DNA from: Octopus sinensis
Lineage: Eukaryota
NCBI RefSeq assembly: GCF_006345805.1
Contig: NW_021829580.1
Location: 1 to 6,103, forward strand
Reading direction: 5' to 3'
Length of the DNA: 6,103 nt
In this document: positions 5,538 through 6,103 of the stretch, piece by piece
Layout of the letters: the number at the start of each line of letters is the position of its first letter
How positions within the stretch are numbered: position 1 is the stretch's first letter
The notes under the pieces: model-generated
Databases searched by the model: none
What the model was told of the DNA's origin: nothing
What the model saw: the letters and a program-made list of their open reading frames with translations, nothing else
Position numbers and translations under genes: made by a program

Positions 5538-6103
5538 TTCTATTCTTATTTCTTTACTACCCGCAAAGTGCTACACACAGAGGGGACAAACAAGGACAAA
5601 GGGATTAAGTCGATTATATCGACCTCAGTGCGTAACTGGTACTTCATTTATCGACCCCGAAAGGATGAAAGGCAAAGTCGACCTCGGCGGAATTTGAACT
5701 TAGAACGTAGCGGCAAACGAAATACCTATTTCTTTACTACCCACAAGGGGCTAAACACAGAGGGGACAAACAAGGACAGACAAACGGATTAAGTCGATTA
5801 CGTTGACCCCAGTACATAACTGGTACTTAATTTATCGACCCCGAAAGGATGAAAGGTAAAGCCGACCTCGGCGGAATTGAATTCAGAACGTAGCGGCAAA
5901 CGAAGTACCTATTTCTTTACTACCCACAAGGGGCTAAACACAGAGGAGACCAACAAGGACAGACAAACGGATTAAGTCGATTATATCGACCCCAGTGCTA
6001 AAACAGGTACTTAATTTGTCTACTCCTAAAGGATGAAAGGCAAAGTCGACCTCGGCGGAATTTGAACACAGAACTAACGGCAGACGAAATCCGCTAAGCA
6101 TTT
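5538..6103 (-). mobile_element. tRNA-derived SINE (family B) with tandemly triplicated body; head runs off the right edge
   Basis: Units 5547-5726 (180 bp), 5727-5909 (183 bp) and 5910-~6091. Each has a B-box-like GTTCAAATTCC and the core GCCTTTCATCCTTT-GGGGTCGATAAATTAAGTACCAG on the minus strand. Only the last unit continues into different sequence (CGCTAAGCATTT). Short A-rich tail GAAATAAGAATAGAA at the left end. Confidence 0.9.

Noticed and set aside
5568-5792. 74-aa ORF with an internal repeat
   Set aside because: Antisense reading of the tandem SINE units.

Overview
Eukaryotic, repeat-saturated, non-genic DNA. The SINE families look like those of coleoid cephalopods, most likely Octopus; this is an inference from recalled family sequences, not a search. 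No intact host gene can be supported, and most ORF-track entries are microsatellite or antisense artefacts. The window contains: (1) three copies of one tRNA-derived SINE family (A) and two of a second family (B), one with a tandemly triplicated body; (2) a 506-bp non-autonomous Helitron with all hallmark termini (2099-2604); (3) a ~345-bp (TA)n-flanked element that begins with a type I hammerhead ribozyme of the minimal, palindromic-helix-III, Penelope-associated kind (2648-2709), plus a decayed hammerhead-like motif at 669-704; (4) a tRNA-Met(CAT) pseudogene in the head position of a headless SINE body; (5) a three-level nest in which a SINE head is split by an unidentified ~370-bp retroposon (16-bp TSD) carrying a four-unit hairpin array, itself interrupted by a 5'-truncated RTE-clade LINE with its own TSD.
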